NCBI GenBank assembly: GCA_964588555.1
Contig: CAZPPT010000002.1
Location: 101,979-165,978 of the forward strand
Length of the DNA: 64,000 nt
Direction of reading: 5' to 3'
Source: Candidatus Micrarchaeota archaeon
GTDB lineage: Archaea; Micrarchaeota; Micrarchaeia; Anstonellales; Bilamarchaeaceae
Made by a program: the position numbers and the translations under genes. The notes beneath the pieces were generated by a model. It saw only the letters and a program-made list of their open reading frames with translations. It was not told the DNA's origin and did not search any database. Of the stretch, positions 1 to 9,790 are shown in pieces (the stretch's first letter is position 1; each line of letters opens with the position of its first letter).

Positions 1-26
1 TTTCAGTCAAGGAATACGGCTCGCAC

Positions 27-449
27 GTGGACATGCTTGGTGCGGATATCCGCAGGATCAAAAAGGAAAACGAACGCGCACTTGCCGATCTTGAGCGTGC
101 GCAAGCCGAATACCAGTCAAAAATAAAAAAACAAGAGGCAGTAGACATCTTAAAGGCAGCACAGGAAATCGAAGACAAAAAGGGACTTCTTGAGGATATC
201 GCAATTTCGCTTGAGAGCCTTGAGCAATCATCGGAAGACATACAGCGCAAATTAGCAGTGCTTGCAAAGGAGGCCCAGCTTGTTGAACTACGGACAAGTA
301 CTGCAGGTGCGCAGATTACCTCGGGAATGGTGGAGAAAGAAAAGGAACTGATACAAACAGTCCAGCTTACGCGGCAGGAGGAGGCCGAATTCAAGCGCAA
401 GCGCGAGGAACTGCGGGATCTCATCAAAAAATTATGGGAGGAGGCATGA
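27..449 (+). CDS. coiled-coil hypothetical protein; may extend upstream of the window
   Basis: 140-aa ORF rich in K/E/L heptad-like sequence (LADLERAQAEYQSKIKKQEAVD). It sits directly upstream of, and co-oriented with, the pilus ATPase. Confidence 0.35.
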   Translation: MDMLGADIRRIKKENERALADLERAQAEYQSKIKKQEAVDILKAAQEIEDKKGLLEDIAISLESLEQSSEDIQRKLAVLAKEAQLVELRTSTAGAQITSGMVEKEKELIQTVQLTRQEEAEFKRKREELRDLIKKLWEEA

Positions 450-489
450 AGCAGTTTTAAAAAGAGGTTATGTATATAGGTAAACAACG

Positions 490-2337
490 GTGAAACCCAT
501 GGCAAAGGACCCAAAAGATAAAAACAAGAAAAAGAGTTCATCAATTAAGGAAAAAATACGCGAAAAGCTTAAGGAGACAGAAAACGAAGAGCCGACCCTT
601 GAAACCGTGCCTGAAGAGACCTCTCTTGAGGCCGCCACGCCTACTGAAGAACCAGTTATTGAGTCGCAACCGCAAGAGGAGTTTCCAGCCATGGAAGAAA
701 CTGTCGATGCCGAGCCTGCGGCTGAAAATTCACCACCAAGCGGCATGCCATCCGATAATCCGGAGGAACCGCCCGCACCGCATGTCGAAGAGGTGCCAGT
801 TGAGAAGTCGGAAGAACGGGCACGGCCTAGAATCCCAGTTCTTGCACAGTATTCATTTACTACTGAGGGGATCCCAGTACAGGTAAAGATAGTAAAGATA
901 GGCGAATTCGTGCCGCACTACGAGATCACCATGCCGTCTGTCGATGCATGGACAAGAAAGATGCTTGAAGGAAAGCTGCGTGGCGAACTGGTAAGCGAAG
1001 TAAAGCTTGACTTAAGCGAAATCCTTGACCCGAAAAGATACGACGAAGTAAAGGCAAAGTTCATGCAGGGTGCACGGCATATCATAGACCGAAACTTCAA
1101 GGAACAACTCCCTGACGAACATGCACGCCATGTGCTGTCCGTATATCTTATGCAGAACGCACTTGGGCTTGGCAAACTTGAGGGACTTCTTGCTGATGAA
1201 AACCTTGAGGAAATCGTCATCAACAACGCCCGGGAACAGGTTTGGGTGTACCACAAGAAAATCGGCTGGTGCAAGACGAACATATCACTTGAAAGCGAGG
1301 GCCAGGTGTATGATTATGCATCGATGATCGCACGAAAAATCGGCAGGCAGATCAACGTGCTTAACCCAACGCTTGATGCGCACCTCCCAAGCGGGGACCG
1401 TGTCAATGCAACGCTCTTTCCGATATCCCATTTTGGGAACACAATCACAATCAGAAAATTCTCAAAGAACCCCTGGACTATTACAAACCTCATACGGTCT
1501 TCGACGGTTTCTCCAGAAGCTGCGGCACTCATCTGGCTGTGCATGCAAAATGAGCTTTCGCTTCTTGTCGCAGGCGGTACTGGGAGCGGTAAGACTAGTT
1601 TCCTAAACGCAATGTCTGCATTCATCCCGCCAAACCACCGCATCATCAGCATTGAAGACACGCGCGAACTTACGCTCCCTAAATACCTGCACTGGGTACC
1701 GATGGTCACCCGTGAGGCTAACCCCGAAGGAAAGGGGGAGGTCACCATGCTCGACCTCCTCGTAAACGCATTACGGCAGCGTCCTGACCGGATCCTTGTC
1801 GGCGAAATCAGGCGCCAGCGGGAAGCTGAGATCCTTTTTGAAGCAATACACACCGGCCACTCCGTATATGCGACACTTCATGCGGATAATACAGAGCAGG
1901 CAATATCGCGCCTCACCAACCCGCCAATCAACATACCTCCACAGATGCTTGACGCAGTGTCAGGCGTCATCGTCACATTCAGGCACAGGAGGTTCAATAT
2001 CAGGCGGGTGCTTGAGATATCCGAAATGCTAAAACAGGGCAAGTTCAATTCCCTATACCGCTGGACGATCAAGGAATCCGGAAGCGGGTTTACTGATAAG
2101 ATAAAACAGGTTTCAAAAATGACCCGCCTTGCCGACCAGCTTTCTCTCTATGCGGGCATGGATGAACGGGAAATCGCAGATGATGTCGGTGAAAAAAGTT
2201 CAATACTTAAATGGATGGTTGACAACGATTATAGTGACGTAGACCAGGTCGGCCGCATCGTCTCGCACTATTACATGGACCCTGACTCCATTCTTGAGGC
2301 AGTCAAGAAAAACAGGCCATGGGATTTCAGTGAATAG
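490..2337 (+). CDS. type IV pilus / archaellum-type assembly ATPase (FlaI/TadA/VirB11 secretion-ATPase family) with acidic low-complexity N-terminus
   Basis: Walker A LLVAGGTGSGKTSFLNA, Asp/Glu boxes ISIEDTRELTLP and ILVGEIRRQREAE, His box HTGHSVYATLHADN. SD-like GGTGA lies upstream of the ATG. Confidence 0.85.
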   Translation: MKPMAKDPKDKNKKKSSSIKEKIREKLKETENEEPTLETVPEETSLEAATPTEEPVIESQPQEEFPAMEETVDAEPAAENSPPSGMPSDNPEEPPAPHVEEVPVEKSEERARPRIPVLAQYSFTTEGIPVQVKIVKIGEFVPHYEITMPSVDAWTRKMLEGKLRGELVSEVKLDLSEILDPKRYDEVKAKFMQGARHIIDRNFKEQLPDEHARHVLSVYLMQNALGLGKLEGLLADENLEEIVINNAREQVWVYHKKIGWCKTNISLESEGQVYDYASMIARKIGRQINVLNPTLDAHLPSGDRVNATLFPISHFGNTITIRKFSKNPWTITNLIRSSTVSPEAAALIWLCMQNELSLLVAGGTGSGKTSFLNAMSAFIPPNHRIISIEDTRELTLPKYLHWVPMVTREANPEGKGEVTMLDLLVNALRQRPDRILVGEIRRQREAEILFEAIHTGHSVYATLHADNTEQAISRLTNPPINIPPQMLDAVSGVIVTFRHRRFNIRRVLEISEMLKQGKFNSLYRWTIKESGSGFTDKIKQVSKMTRLADQLSLYAGMDEREIADDVGEKSSILKWMVDNDYSDVDQVGRIVSHYYMDPDSILEAVKKNRPWDFSE

Positions 2338-2338
2338 C

Positions 2339-3898
2339 ATGGAAGATTTTTACGCTGCACTTGACACTGCAAAGAGGATAGAAAAGAATGCGTTAGCCCG
2401 CAGTGAATTTTCCGAAAAAATCGAGATAGTAAAAACAATTGACCTTGAACCGCGGGAATTCGAGGACATGACGTATGCGGACCTCGTCAACATGTATGAG
2501 CGCGCGCAGAAGGTAATCAGCGCAACCAAGTCGTTTCAGTCCATGCCCACCGTAACCGCTGGATCAACCGTTCGCTCGGCAGAAGTCAAAAAAATAGACG
2601 TTGAAAGTAAGGTAAAACAAATAACAAATGAAAGCCTTGAAAAGGCGGAGGAATTAAGCCGCGAATTTGAGAAAAAGGCTGAAATCCCCGCACCCTCCAT
2701 AGCGCCACAGCCTGCACCTAAAAAGCCGATTGACGATTTAATGGACCTTGACCTTACGTTTGAAAAGGACACTGCCACCGCGCCGCAAAAAGAATCGGAA
2801 ATTATGTTTGAACGGGAGGCACCTGAGCTCCCAATGGAAAAGGAAGTGCTTCCTGCTGTTGAAATAGAGGAACGAAAAGAAGAAAAACGACCACGCATCA
2901 TGGAAGAGGCAGCCCCCATCGATGAAATGCCTGCGCCGTCCCACGTTAAGCCGATGCCGGGCATTCTTGCTGCAACCGAGGCAAAGCATGCAGAAGGCAA
3001 ATACAGCGAAATAGAGGGACTCCTTCGCCAGGAATTGGGGGGCGAGGGGGATGATGAAAAGATTAAGAAACGGATGCTCAGCCTTACAAAGGATCTTTTC
3101 AGGGAAAAAAGCACGACACAGCGCGAACAAATAAAGCTCCAGATAGTAGTCCTTAAAAACATGCTTGGCAAGTCTAAAAAGCCTCCGAAGGCACGTGCAC
3201 GGCAGGAACAAGATTATTCGGCAGACGTCTATACCACGCTTATGTCAACGCAGCGTATGGAGCTTTCATCTGCAAAGGATACGATACAGACGGAATTCAG
3301 TGAAAAGATAAGCGCTGCAAAGCACAGGTATTTTGATGCGATTCGGGAAGGGCAGGGGGACGACAGTGCGCTCCGTGCTGCATACGATGCGCTTGTAGGC
3401 GAGCTTAACGCCCTTGAGGAACGTGTTGGCGCAGTAACTGCCAGGACAGGCGGCCTGCTTGCGCAAAAACACAGTGCAGAGCTCAAGGGGCTTGGGGGAT
3501 CAGGGTCCCTCCCTACAAAAACCGCACGGGAAATCGAAAAGGCAATTGCCCAAATGAACGGACAATATATGGCTGATCTTGACAACCTAAAGGAAATGCT
3601 TTTCAAGCGTGTCGAATCACTTAAGGAAAGTGCGGCACAGGAAGTACAGGGTACGAAGGCACAAAAAAATACGGCTTCCCAACTAAACTCAGTCATATTT
3701 GAAATAAACGAAACCGACGAAGGCACGCTTCTTTATTACCTTCATTCTAAAAATCCCGCATATTACAAGAAATATGAGCGCCACCATGTATCGCGTGCCG
3801 AAGCAATCGCATACGCAAAAATACTCATGGCAAAGGAGCGCGGGCTCAATGACGCAAGCATACAAAAATATTTCGGGACAATAAATGAAGAAGCGTGA
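2339..3898 (+). CDS. acidic coiled-coil hypothetical protein (pilus-operon member)
   Basis: ORF 2294..3898. The internal Met at 2339 immediately follows the ATPase stop. The protein is E/K-rich with predicted long helices and no recognisable catalytic motif. Confidence 0.45.
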   Translation: MEDFYAALDTAKRIEKNALARSEFSEKIEIVKTIDLEPREFEDMTYADLVNMYERAQKVISATKSFQSMPTVTAGSTVRSAEVKKIDVESKVKQITNESLEKAEELSREFEKKAEIPAPSIAPQPAPKKPIDDLMDLDLTFEKDTATAPQKESEIMFEREAPELPMEKEVLPAVEIEERKEEKRPRIMEEAAPIDEMPAPSHVKPMPGILAATEAKHAEGKYSEIEGLLRQELGGEGDDEKIKKRMLSLTKDLFREKSTTQREQIKLQIVVLKNMLGKSKKPPKARARQEQDYSADVYTTLMSTQRMELSSAKDTIQTEFSEKISAAKHRYFDAIREGQGDDSALRAAYDALVGELNALEERVGAVTARTGGLLAQKHSAELKGLGGSGSLPTKTAREIEKAIAQMNGQYMADLDNLKEMLFKRVESLKESAAQEVQGTKAQKNTASQLNSVIFEINETDEGTLLYYLHSKNPAYYKKYERHHVSRAEAIAYAKILMAKERGLNDASIQKYFGTINEEA

Positions 3899-4773
3899 AA
3901 TATATGGATACCGACACAATAAAAAGCAGACGGAAGCGCGATGAGGCAAGGGGGCCGCTTACTGCCCTTGCGGAAGTGTTGTCGCCACGGTTTCCACTTC
4001 TTAAGAAGAAGCTCACCCTTGCAAACATCCATTATAGCCCAACCGTATTTCTCGAGCGTGTCCTTCTTTCAACCTTGTTTGTGTCCCTTGGGCTCCTTAT
4101 AGCAACTGCAATTTTTTTCCTCCAGACAAATACGTGGTTTGGATACCTGATAATACCGCTTATCGTGTATCCGATCGTTGTGTTCAAATACCTTATGCTT
4201 TACCCTGATGCACTCATCATAAAAAGAAGACGGGCAATCGATTATGAGCTCGTATTTGCAGGACGGCACATGGTCATCGCCCTTAAGTCGGGCATGCCGC
4301 TCTTTGACAGCCTTGTCGGCGTACGGAAAGGATATGGTGAAGTAAGTAAGGAATTTGACAAGATCGTTGAGATGGTGACGCTTGGAACCCCGCTTTCACA
4401 GGCAATACGGGAAGTTGCTGCAGTAAACCCGTCACAATATTTCGTGCGGATACTTATGCAGATCGCAAACTCACTTTCAAGCGGTGCGGATGTCGGCGAG
4501 TCGCTTGAAGTGGTGCTTAACCAGATATCCGAGGAGCAAAAAATTCAGCTTAAGGAATACGGGCAAAAACTGACGCCCATCGTCATGTTCTTCATGGTAT
4601 TTGGGATTATCATGCCCTCGATCGGCATCGTCCTTATTACCGTCATATTTTCCGTGCTTGGCGGCGGGAAGGTGACCTCCTCGATCCTTATCTTGATTGC
4701 GGCATTCATAACCATAACGCAGCTCCTCTTCGTCGGACTGATTGAAAGTTCAAGACCAAAATACCTTATGTGA
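3895..4773 (+). CDS. TadB/FlaJ N-half-like polytopic membrane protein (T2SS-F-like domain)
   Basis: Hydrophobic helices (LLSTLFVSLGLLIATAIFFL, IVMFFMVFGIIMPSIGIVLITVIF) flank a soluble domain. Stop/start overlap with neighbours suggests translational coupling. Start may be the ATG at 3904. Confidence 0.55.
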   Translation: MKYMDTDTIKSRRKRDEARGPLTALAEVLSPRFPLLKKKLTLANIHYSPTVFLERVLLSTLFVSLGLLIATAIFFLQTNTWFGYLIIPLIVYPIVVFKYLMLYPDALIIKRRRAIDYELVFAGRHMVIALKSGMPLFDSLVGVRKGYGEVSKEFDKIVEMVTLGTPLSQAIREVAAVNPSQYFVRILMQIANSLSSGADVGESLEVVLNQISEEQKIQLKEYGQKLTPIVMFFMVFGIIMPSIGIVLITVIFSVLGGGKVTSSILILIAAFITITQLLFVGLIESSRPKYLM

Positions 4774-5840
4774 GTCATATGGCACAAAAACTGTTGGAAG
4801 CGATTGGAAGGTTGTTTTACAACCGCGAGTATATACGAATGCTTGACTACCGGATAAATACTGCCGGCCTGCACCGTTCTGCGGAGGAGTTTGCAGGCGT
4901 GCTCATCCTTGTCACGCTCCTAGGCGGCCTTGCAGCCACGCTGTTTGTGTTAGGTTCAGGCCAATTATCAGGGTCGCTTCAGGGAGTTGCAAATTCCCTC
5001 ATACGCGGTTTTCCTTATGCGCTTCTCGCACTTATTGTGTTTATCGTAATGCTTGTCTTGTCCTATTTTGGGGTAATCGTACTCACCATGTCGGTGCTTG
5101 CAATACAAGGGGATGCGCGACGAAACTCGCTTGAGACCGCGCTTCCTGATTTTCTACTGCTTGTGTCCGCAAACATAAAGGCAGGCATGCCCCTTGACCA
5201 GGCAATGTACCATGCCGCAAAGCCCGAATACGGCCTTATGGCAATAGAAGTGCAGGACATCATCAAACGCTCATTTAGCGGGGAATCGCTTGAAAACTCC
5301 CTTGATATGCTTGCAGAACGGTTTGACTCGCGGATCTTCAAACGGACGATCCTTCTTATAAAGCAGGCATCCGCAACTGGCGGCGAGGTGGCAGCGGTAC
5401 TTGAGCGGACATCGCAGGAAGTAAGAAACACGCTTCTTATCAAAAAGGAAGTTGCCGCATCGCTTATCCTCTATGAAATTTTCATATTATTTGCAGCGAT
5501 CGCAGGGACGCCGTTCCTGTTTGCAGTGTCCGGAAAGCTTATCGAGGTGTTTGAGAAGACGCCGGTCATATCGACAATACCTCAAAGCACAAGCGGGTTT
5601 GCAGGCCAGCTGCCGGGGATCGGGTTTACCGGCGTTGTCATCAGTTCAACTGAGTTTTTCTACTTTACCATACTTACCATATTGATTACGTCGCTCTTTT
5701 CATCATTTATTGTGGGGATTATCCGCAAGGGTACCAAGAACGAAGGTATAAAATACTTCCCGTTCGTATTAGGTGCGTCCTATGTGATGTTTGCGCTTGT
5801 AAACCTAGGGCTTAATGCAGTATTTACAACGATATTATAG
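4770..5840 (+). CDS. TadC/FlaJ C-half-like polytopic membrane protein
   Basis: Second T2SS-F-like repeat with the same TM-soluble-TM architecture. It overlaps the upstream gene by 4 nt. Confidence 0.55.
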   Translation: MSHMAQKLLEAIGRLFYNREYIRMLDYRINTAGLHRSAEEFAGVLILVTLLGGLAATLFVLGSGQLSGSLQGVANSLIRGFPYALLALIVFIVMLVLSYFGVIVLTMSVLAIQGDARRNSLETALPDFLLLVSANIKAGMPLDQAMYHAAKPEYGLMAIEVQDIIKRSFSGESLENSLDMLAERFDSRIFKRTILLIKQASATGGEVAAVLERTSQEVRNTLLIKKEVAASLILYEIFILFAAIAGTPFLFAVSGKLIEVFEKTPVISTIPQSTSGFAGQLPGIGFTGVVISSTEFFYFTILTILITSLFSSFIVGIIRKGTKNEGIKYFPFVLGASYVMFALVNLGLNAVFTTIL

Positions 5841-5854
5841 TAAGAGGTGAAATA

Positions 5855-6454
5855 ATGGTTAGAAAAAAGAGCCGAAGCAAGGCAGCGGCTAAAAAAATAA
5901 AAACCACCGTGCGCGGTCAGGCAGCAATGGAATACCTGATGACATACGGGTGGGCAATATTGGTCATATTGATTGTACTTGCAGTACTTGCGTTCTACCT
6001 GCCCCAATTCTTACGGGCGCAGGACCAGTGTGCGTTTGCACAGCCTGGATTTACGTGCGGGGATGTACGGCCGTTTATACAAAACACAGGCAATACAGTA
6101 AACCTGCGAGCTTCCATATTTAATCAAAATGGCCAGGCAATACATATCCAAAGGGTACTCTGTACCGCTGATGCGCCAGGAAATGTGAATTCTGTCTGGG
6201 GCGAAGTGCCAGCAGAAGGAACAATCACGTCCGCACCATCTGTAACGACCCTAGACCCAGCAAGCGGAGCGCGCATGGAAGTAAATGTAAATTGTTACAG
6301 GGGCGGAAGCGGTACGAACCGTGGATCTGCGTTAAACCTCGCTAAAAACAATGAATTCAGAGGGTACCTATTTATCTGGTACAACTTTGGCAATGAAAAT
6401 CCAGCCCTAGTAACAAGGCAAGTTCAGGCAACCATAACAGGTACGGTAAACTAG
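5855..6454 (+). CDS. type IV pilin-like protein with class III (prepilin) signal peptide
   Basis: N-terminus MVRKKSRSKAAAKKIKTTVRG|QAAMEYLMTYGWAILVILIVL: basic stretch, G-Q cleavage motif, Glu at +5, hydrophobic helix. Strong SD GAGGTGA 8 nt upstream. Confidence 0.6.
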   Translation: MVRKKSRSKAAAKKIKTTVRGQAAMEYLMTYGWAILVILIVLAVLAFYLPQFLRAQDQCAFAQPGFTCGDVRPFIQNTGNTVNLRASIFNQNGQAIHIQRVLCTADAPGNVNSVWGEVPAEGTITSAPSVTTLDPASGARMEVNVNCYRGGSGTNRGSALNLAKNNEFRGYLFIWYNFGNENPALVTRQVQATITGTVN

Positions 6455-6500
6455 TTTTTTTCTTTTTTTATTTTTCTTCTTTTTTATTGTTTTATCTTTA
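6455..6500 (+). terminator. T-rich intrinsic terminator region after the pilin gene
   Basis: tttttttcttttttatttttcttcttttttattgtttt follows the stop directly. Oligo-T tracts are the usual archaeal termination signal. Confidence 0.4.
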
Positions 6501-6505
6501 GCGCT

Positions 6506-6537
6506 CAGTAGAACATAAAGAGGATCGAATTCTACTG
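6506..6537. repeat. 8-bp inverted repeat CAGTAGAA(N16)TTCTACTG
   Basis: Perfect inverted repeat read directly in the sequence. Function unknown. Confidence 0.3.
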
Positions 6538-6729
6538 AAGGAGCATTAGTTAAAAATGAGTCGACGTCCATATAGAAAATCTAGGGGAAGCGATTTTTGT
6601 GCAAGAATGAAAATAGTAGAAATGCAACCTGTTACAAACATTTATATATTCATTTTACCTAATGTGTTTATAAGTAAATGGAGGTGTAGGCTATGGTTAA
6701 GAAAATTGAAGCACGGAACAGAAACCTAA

Positions 6730-6939
6730 GTGGTGAGTCTTACCTTTGGCGCTGCACCATTTATACTAACTGATTCTGAAAAACGCCGCGGCATCTTGAC
6801 TGGTGAGACGCTTGGCGAAGTCTTACGGCTTTATTTCTTTGAAAGGCGTACGGTGAGGGATATCGCTGCCATATTCGGCGTGTCGCATATGACCGTATAC
6901 CGTGCGGTTACTGATAAACGGATAGCAGCAATCATGTAA
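6730..6939 (+). CDS. small helix-turn-helix protein
   Basis: C-terminal RRTVRDIAAIFGVSHMTVYRAV resembles an HTH (resolvase/sigma-region-4/transposase-type) recognition helix. The start codon is uncertain. Confidence 0.3.
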   Translation: MVSLTFGAAPFILTDSEKRRGILTGETLGEVLRLYFFERRTVRDIAAIFGVSHMTVYRAVTDKRIAAIM

Positions 6940-6942
6940 GGG

Positions 6943-7464
6943 GTGGTTATGATGAATAAAGGGGTAATACGAAAAGGAGAGGTAGCAAGAGTAACACGAC
7001 CAGCAAGGCAAATGGAGCCTATGGTTGACCATATATGCAACGACGCATCAGTTGAAACGCGGGCGGCAGTTACGGAACTTCGCGCCTTGTTTAGGCAAGC
7101 GGAAGAAAGGCAAGTAGAGAAGAAATGTATTCCACGCGTTGCATTTGACAACGATCCTGAGGAACGGCAGGTAGAGGTACCAACAGCAAGTGCATGTGGC
7201 GCTTACTCGCAAGCACTGCAAAAGATTGAGGCAATACTAAAGCCAGGTCATAAGCTTCATCGTGATGCCATAGTGGCAGTAGCTGCCCATAACCTGCTTT
7301 CCACAAGCAGCATGGTCGAAATCGAGTTTGCCGAGCGAACGGTTGATGCGGACGGGGTGCGCGTTGCACGAATGACGGCAGACCACATCGCAACCCTCCT
7401 TCTTAAAAAAGTAGAGGCGGAAGTGCCAAGAAGCAAAAATGGGGGATTTGACGTGGTGGTGTAA
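6943..7464 (+). CDS. hypothetical protein
   Basis: 173-aa ORF with no recognised motifs. Its GC is higher than that of the flanks. Confidence 0.3.
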   Translation: MVMMNKGVIRKGEVARVTRPARQMEPMVDHICNDASVETRAAVTELRALFRQAEERQVEKKCIPRVAFDNDPEERQVEVPTASACGAYSQALQKIEAILKPGHKLHRDAIVAVAAHNLLSTSSMVEIEFAERTVDADGVRVARMTADHIATLLLKKVEAEVPRSKNGGFDVVV

Positions 7465-7547
7465 TGGAAGCTTAGCTTCCATACATCTTACTTTTTTCAA
7501 TTTTTGAAAGCGCAAACATTTAAATAGTTCATTACATAAATGTTTTC

Positions 7548-7775
7548 ATGAAAAATGCAAACATAAATGTAAGGATTGAAGATTCGCTTTTTAAAGAGGT
7601 TAAGGAATACGAATTAGATATCTCAGAAGTGGTCCGTGCTGCACTTATTAGTGAAATAGAAAAGAAAAGGGTAGATAGAATAATGAGAGCACTTGTGAAG
7701 GCAAGCGAAGCAGTAAAAAAGATGAAGGTGAAACAAATTGTAGCAGACGTCAGGGAGATGCGTGAAACGCGATGA
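7548..7775 (+). CDS. antitoxin-like small protein (putative VapB, ribbon-helix-helix-like)
   Basis: 75 aa, charged and helical. It overlaps the downstream PIN gene by 4 nt (ATGA). Confidence 0.45.
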   Translation: MKNANINVRIEDSLFKEVKEYELDISEVVRAALISEIEKKRVDRIMRALVKASEAVKKMKVKQIVADVREMRETR

Positions 7776-8149
7776 AAATCTACGACGCTTCCGCGTTCTT
7801 TGAGCGGATTTTAAAAAAAGAGATAGAACCTGATGCATTTGTTATAGACCTTACGGTCTATGAAATGGGGAACATTACCCTAAAACATGAAAGGAAATTA
7901 AAAACGATAAGTAGGGAAGAGGCCATATCTATACTTACGATCCTAAGTGAATGGTCGCCAGTTATTTTTATCCGCCCGGAGGAAACTCCATTTATATATC
8001 AAACTGCTTCTAATCTTGAACTTACGTTCTACGATGCCGCATACATTTTTTTCTCGCAAAAATTTAATGCAACTTTGGAGACATGTGATAAAACGCTGTA
8101 TGAAAGGGCAAAAAAGCATTGCAGAATTGTTTTAATGAAAATGGAATAA
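7772..8149 (+). CDS. PIN-domain nuclease (VapC-type toxin)
   Basis: MKIYDASAF (N-terminal acidic D), TFYDAAYIF and ETCDKTL fit the conserved PIN acidic residues. Confidence 0.6.
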   Translation: MKIYDASAFFERILKKEIEPDAFVIDLTVYEMGNITLKHERKLKTISREEAISILTILSEWSPVIFIRPEETPFIYQTASNLELTFYDAAYIFFSQKFNATLETCDKTLYERAKKHCRIVLMKME

Positions 8150-8155
8150 CACAAA

Positions 8156-9385
8156 TCAGCTTCCATACATCTTACTTTTTTCAATAAGATTAAGAATAAT
8201 TGGCATAACATCGCTTCCTTTTAAGTGGCCTAAGCCACCCTGCATACAAGAAACTTCATCAAATTTTTTCACTGTATCGACTCGCTCATTATCTCCGTAA
8301 AGAAGGATCGGAACTTCGTGTCCACTGTGAGCTTTACGGATGCAGGGAGTCGAGTGATCGCCGGTAACGATAAGGTACGCACCACTCTTCATTAGGATTG
8401 GGAGGAGTTCTTTATCAATACGCTCTAGCATTTTTACTTTTCCCTTAAAATCGCCGTCATGGCCGCAGCTGTCGCATGCCTTAACGTGGAGGAAGACAAG
8501 ATCGTGATCATTAAGCGCCTTAACGACCGCTTCGCCTTTCGCTCTCAGATCAGTGTTCATCGTTCCCGTTGCGCCTGGAACATCAATGACGTGCATCCCA
8601 ACATAACGTGCGATTCCCTTATAGAGCGCACCGCCTGCAACACAGGCAGCGTTTAGTTCAAATCGATCACGTATTGAGTCTACCTTCTTATAGGTTCCCG
8701 CCCCGCGCAATAAAACAATATTTGCCTTAAGTTGCCTTTTCGCCTCGCGTGATTTATTGAGAGGGGCACTGTTAAGAAGCGAAAAAACTCGAGACGTATA
8801 ATCATTAATAATTTGAGCGGTCCGTAATGCATTTTTTTCCTCGTTCTCGTCAACATTTGAGAAGGGAATGCTTGCAAGAATTTCATTTCCGTGTCCATGC
8901 GGATCAGTATCAGTGATGTGCGCACTCAAACGAGGTCCACGCAATACGACAATGCCACGGTGCTCAACCGTGCTCTTGAAAAATACGTCTACATTTCCAA
9001 GTTTCATGCTTGCATATCGTTCGAGAGCCTTGCCAACCGCACTGTCAATGCGCCCTGCCCTCCTGTCAAGAATCGTTTTTCCATCATCCATTACAGTGGC
9101 AAAATTTGCGCGAAACGCAATGTCCCCTTCGCGTAAGTCAAAACCGACGCCAAGTGCCTCAAGAGGGCCTCGCCCCGGATAGTAAGTATGCGGGTCGTAT
9201 CCAAATAGTTGCAAGTGTGAAACGTCGCTTCCAGGCACTACGCCATTTGAAATGGTAGAAACCAGGCCAGTAATGCCCTCTTTTGCCAATGTATCAAAGT
9301 TTGGCTTTTTTGCAGCCTGTAACGGTGTTTTTGGTGTTGGGAGGTCACCTAAGCCATCAATGATAAAGAGGATTGCCTTTTTCAT
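8156..9385 (-). CDS. apgM: 2,3-bisphosphoglycerate-independent phosphoglycerate mutase, archaeal type
   Basis: MKKAILFIIDGLGD N-terminus, LIVTGDHSTPC and CDSCGHDGDF metal-site motifs. ORF listed as 8156..9448; the internal Met at 9385 was chosen as start. Confidence 0.8.
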   Translation of the reverse strand: MKKAILFIIDGLGDLPTPKTPLQAAKKPNFDTLAKEGITGLVSTISNGVVPGSDVSHLQLFGYDPHTYYPGRGPLEALGVGFDLREGDIAFRANFATVMDDGKTILDRRAGRIDSAVGKALERYASMKLGNVDVFFKSTVEHRGIVVLRGPRLSAHITDTDPHGHGNEILASIPFSNVDENEEKNALRTAQIINDYTSRVFSLLNSAPLNKSREAKRQLKANIVLLRGAGTYKKVDSIRDRFELNAACVAGGALYKGIARYVGMHVIDVPGATGTMNTDLRAKGEAVVKALNDHDLVFLHVKACDSCGHDGDFKGKVKMLERIDKELLPILMKSGAYLIVTGDHSTPCIRKAHSGHEVPILLYGDNERVDTVKKFDEVSCMQGGLGHLKGSDVMPIILNLIEKSKMYGS

Positions 9386-9496
9386 GAATGGAATGATTAA
9401 AATATACTTAAATAACTTTCCATAAATTTTCCTTTTGTCTTTAAGCAAGTTAGGACGTGTAACGATAACTATTTAAAGTAAGAAAGTAAGATTATA

Positions 9497-9790
9497 TTGG
9501 TGATGGTAATGTCAAATATAGTAATAACACATATGTCGTCAAAAGGCCAAGTAGTTATTCCACAGGATATTCGGAAGGAGATACACGCAGAAGAAGGTAC
9601 TGCGTTTGCCGTGTTTGGAAGCAAAGACACAATACTTCTTAAGAAGATTCATAAACCAAACAAAGAGGAACTCAAGAAGGACTGGGAACGGCTTGTTGAA
9701 GAAGGAAATAAAAGAGTAAAGGAACTTGGTATAAAGGAAACGGATGTCGCAAAAATCATTCACCGCGGACGCGGGATTAAATATGATTAA
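9497..9790 (+). CDS. AbrB/SpoVT-family (swapped-hairpin) antitoxin-like protein
   Basis: KGQVVIPQDIRKEI is typical of the AbrB/MazE-like fold. It overlaps the downstream PIN gene. Confidence 0.55.
   Translation: MVMVMSNIVITHMSSKGQVVIPQDIRKEIHAEEGTAFAVFGSKDTILLKKIHKPNKEELKKDWERLVEEGNKRVKELGIKETDVAKIIHRGRGIKYD

Noticed and set aside
1314-1853. 179-aa minus-strand ORF
   Set aside because: It is antisense inside the pilus ATPase gene, which has intact Walker and His boxes.
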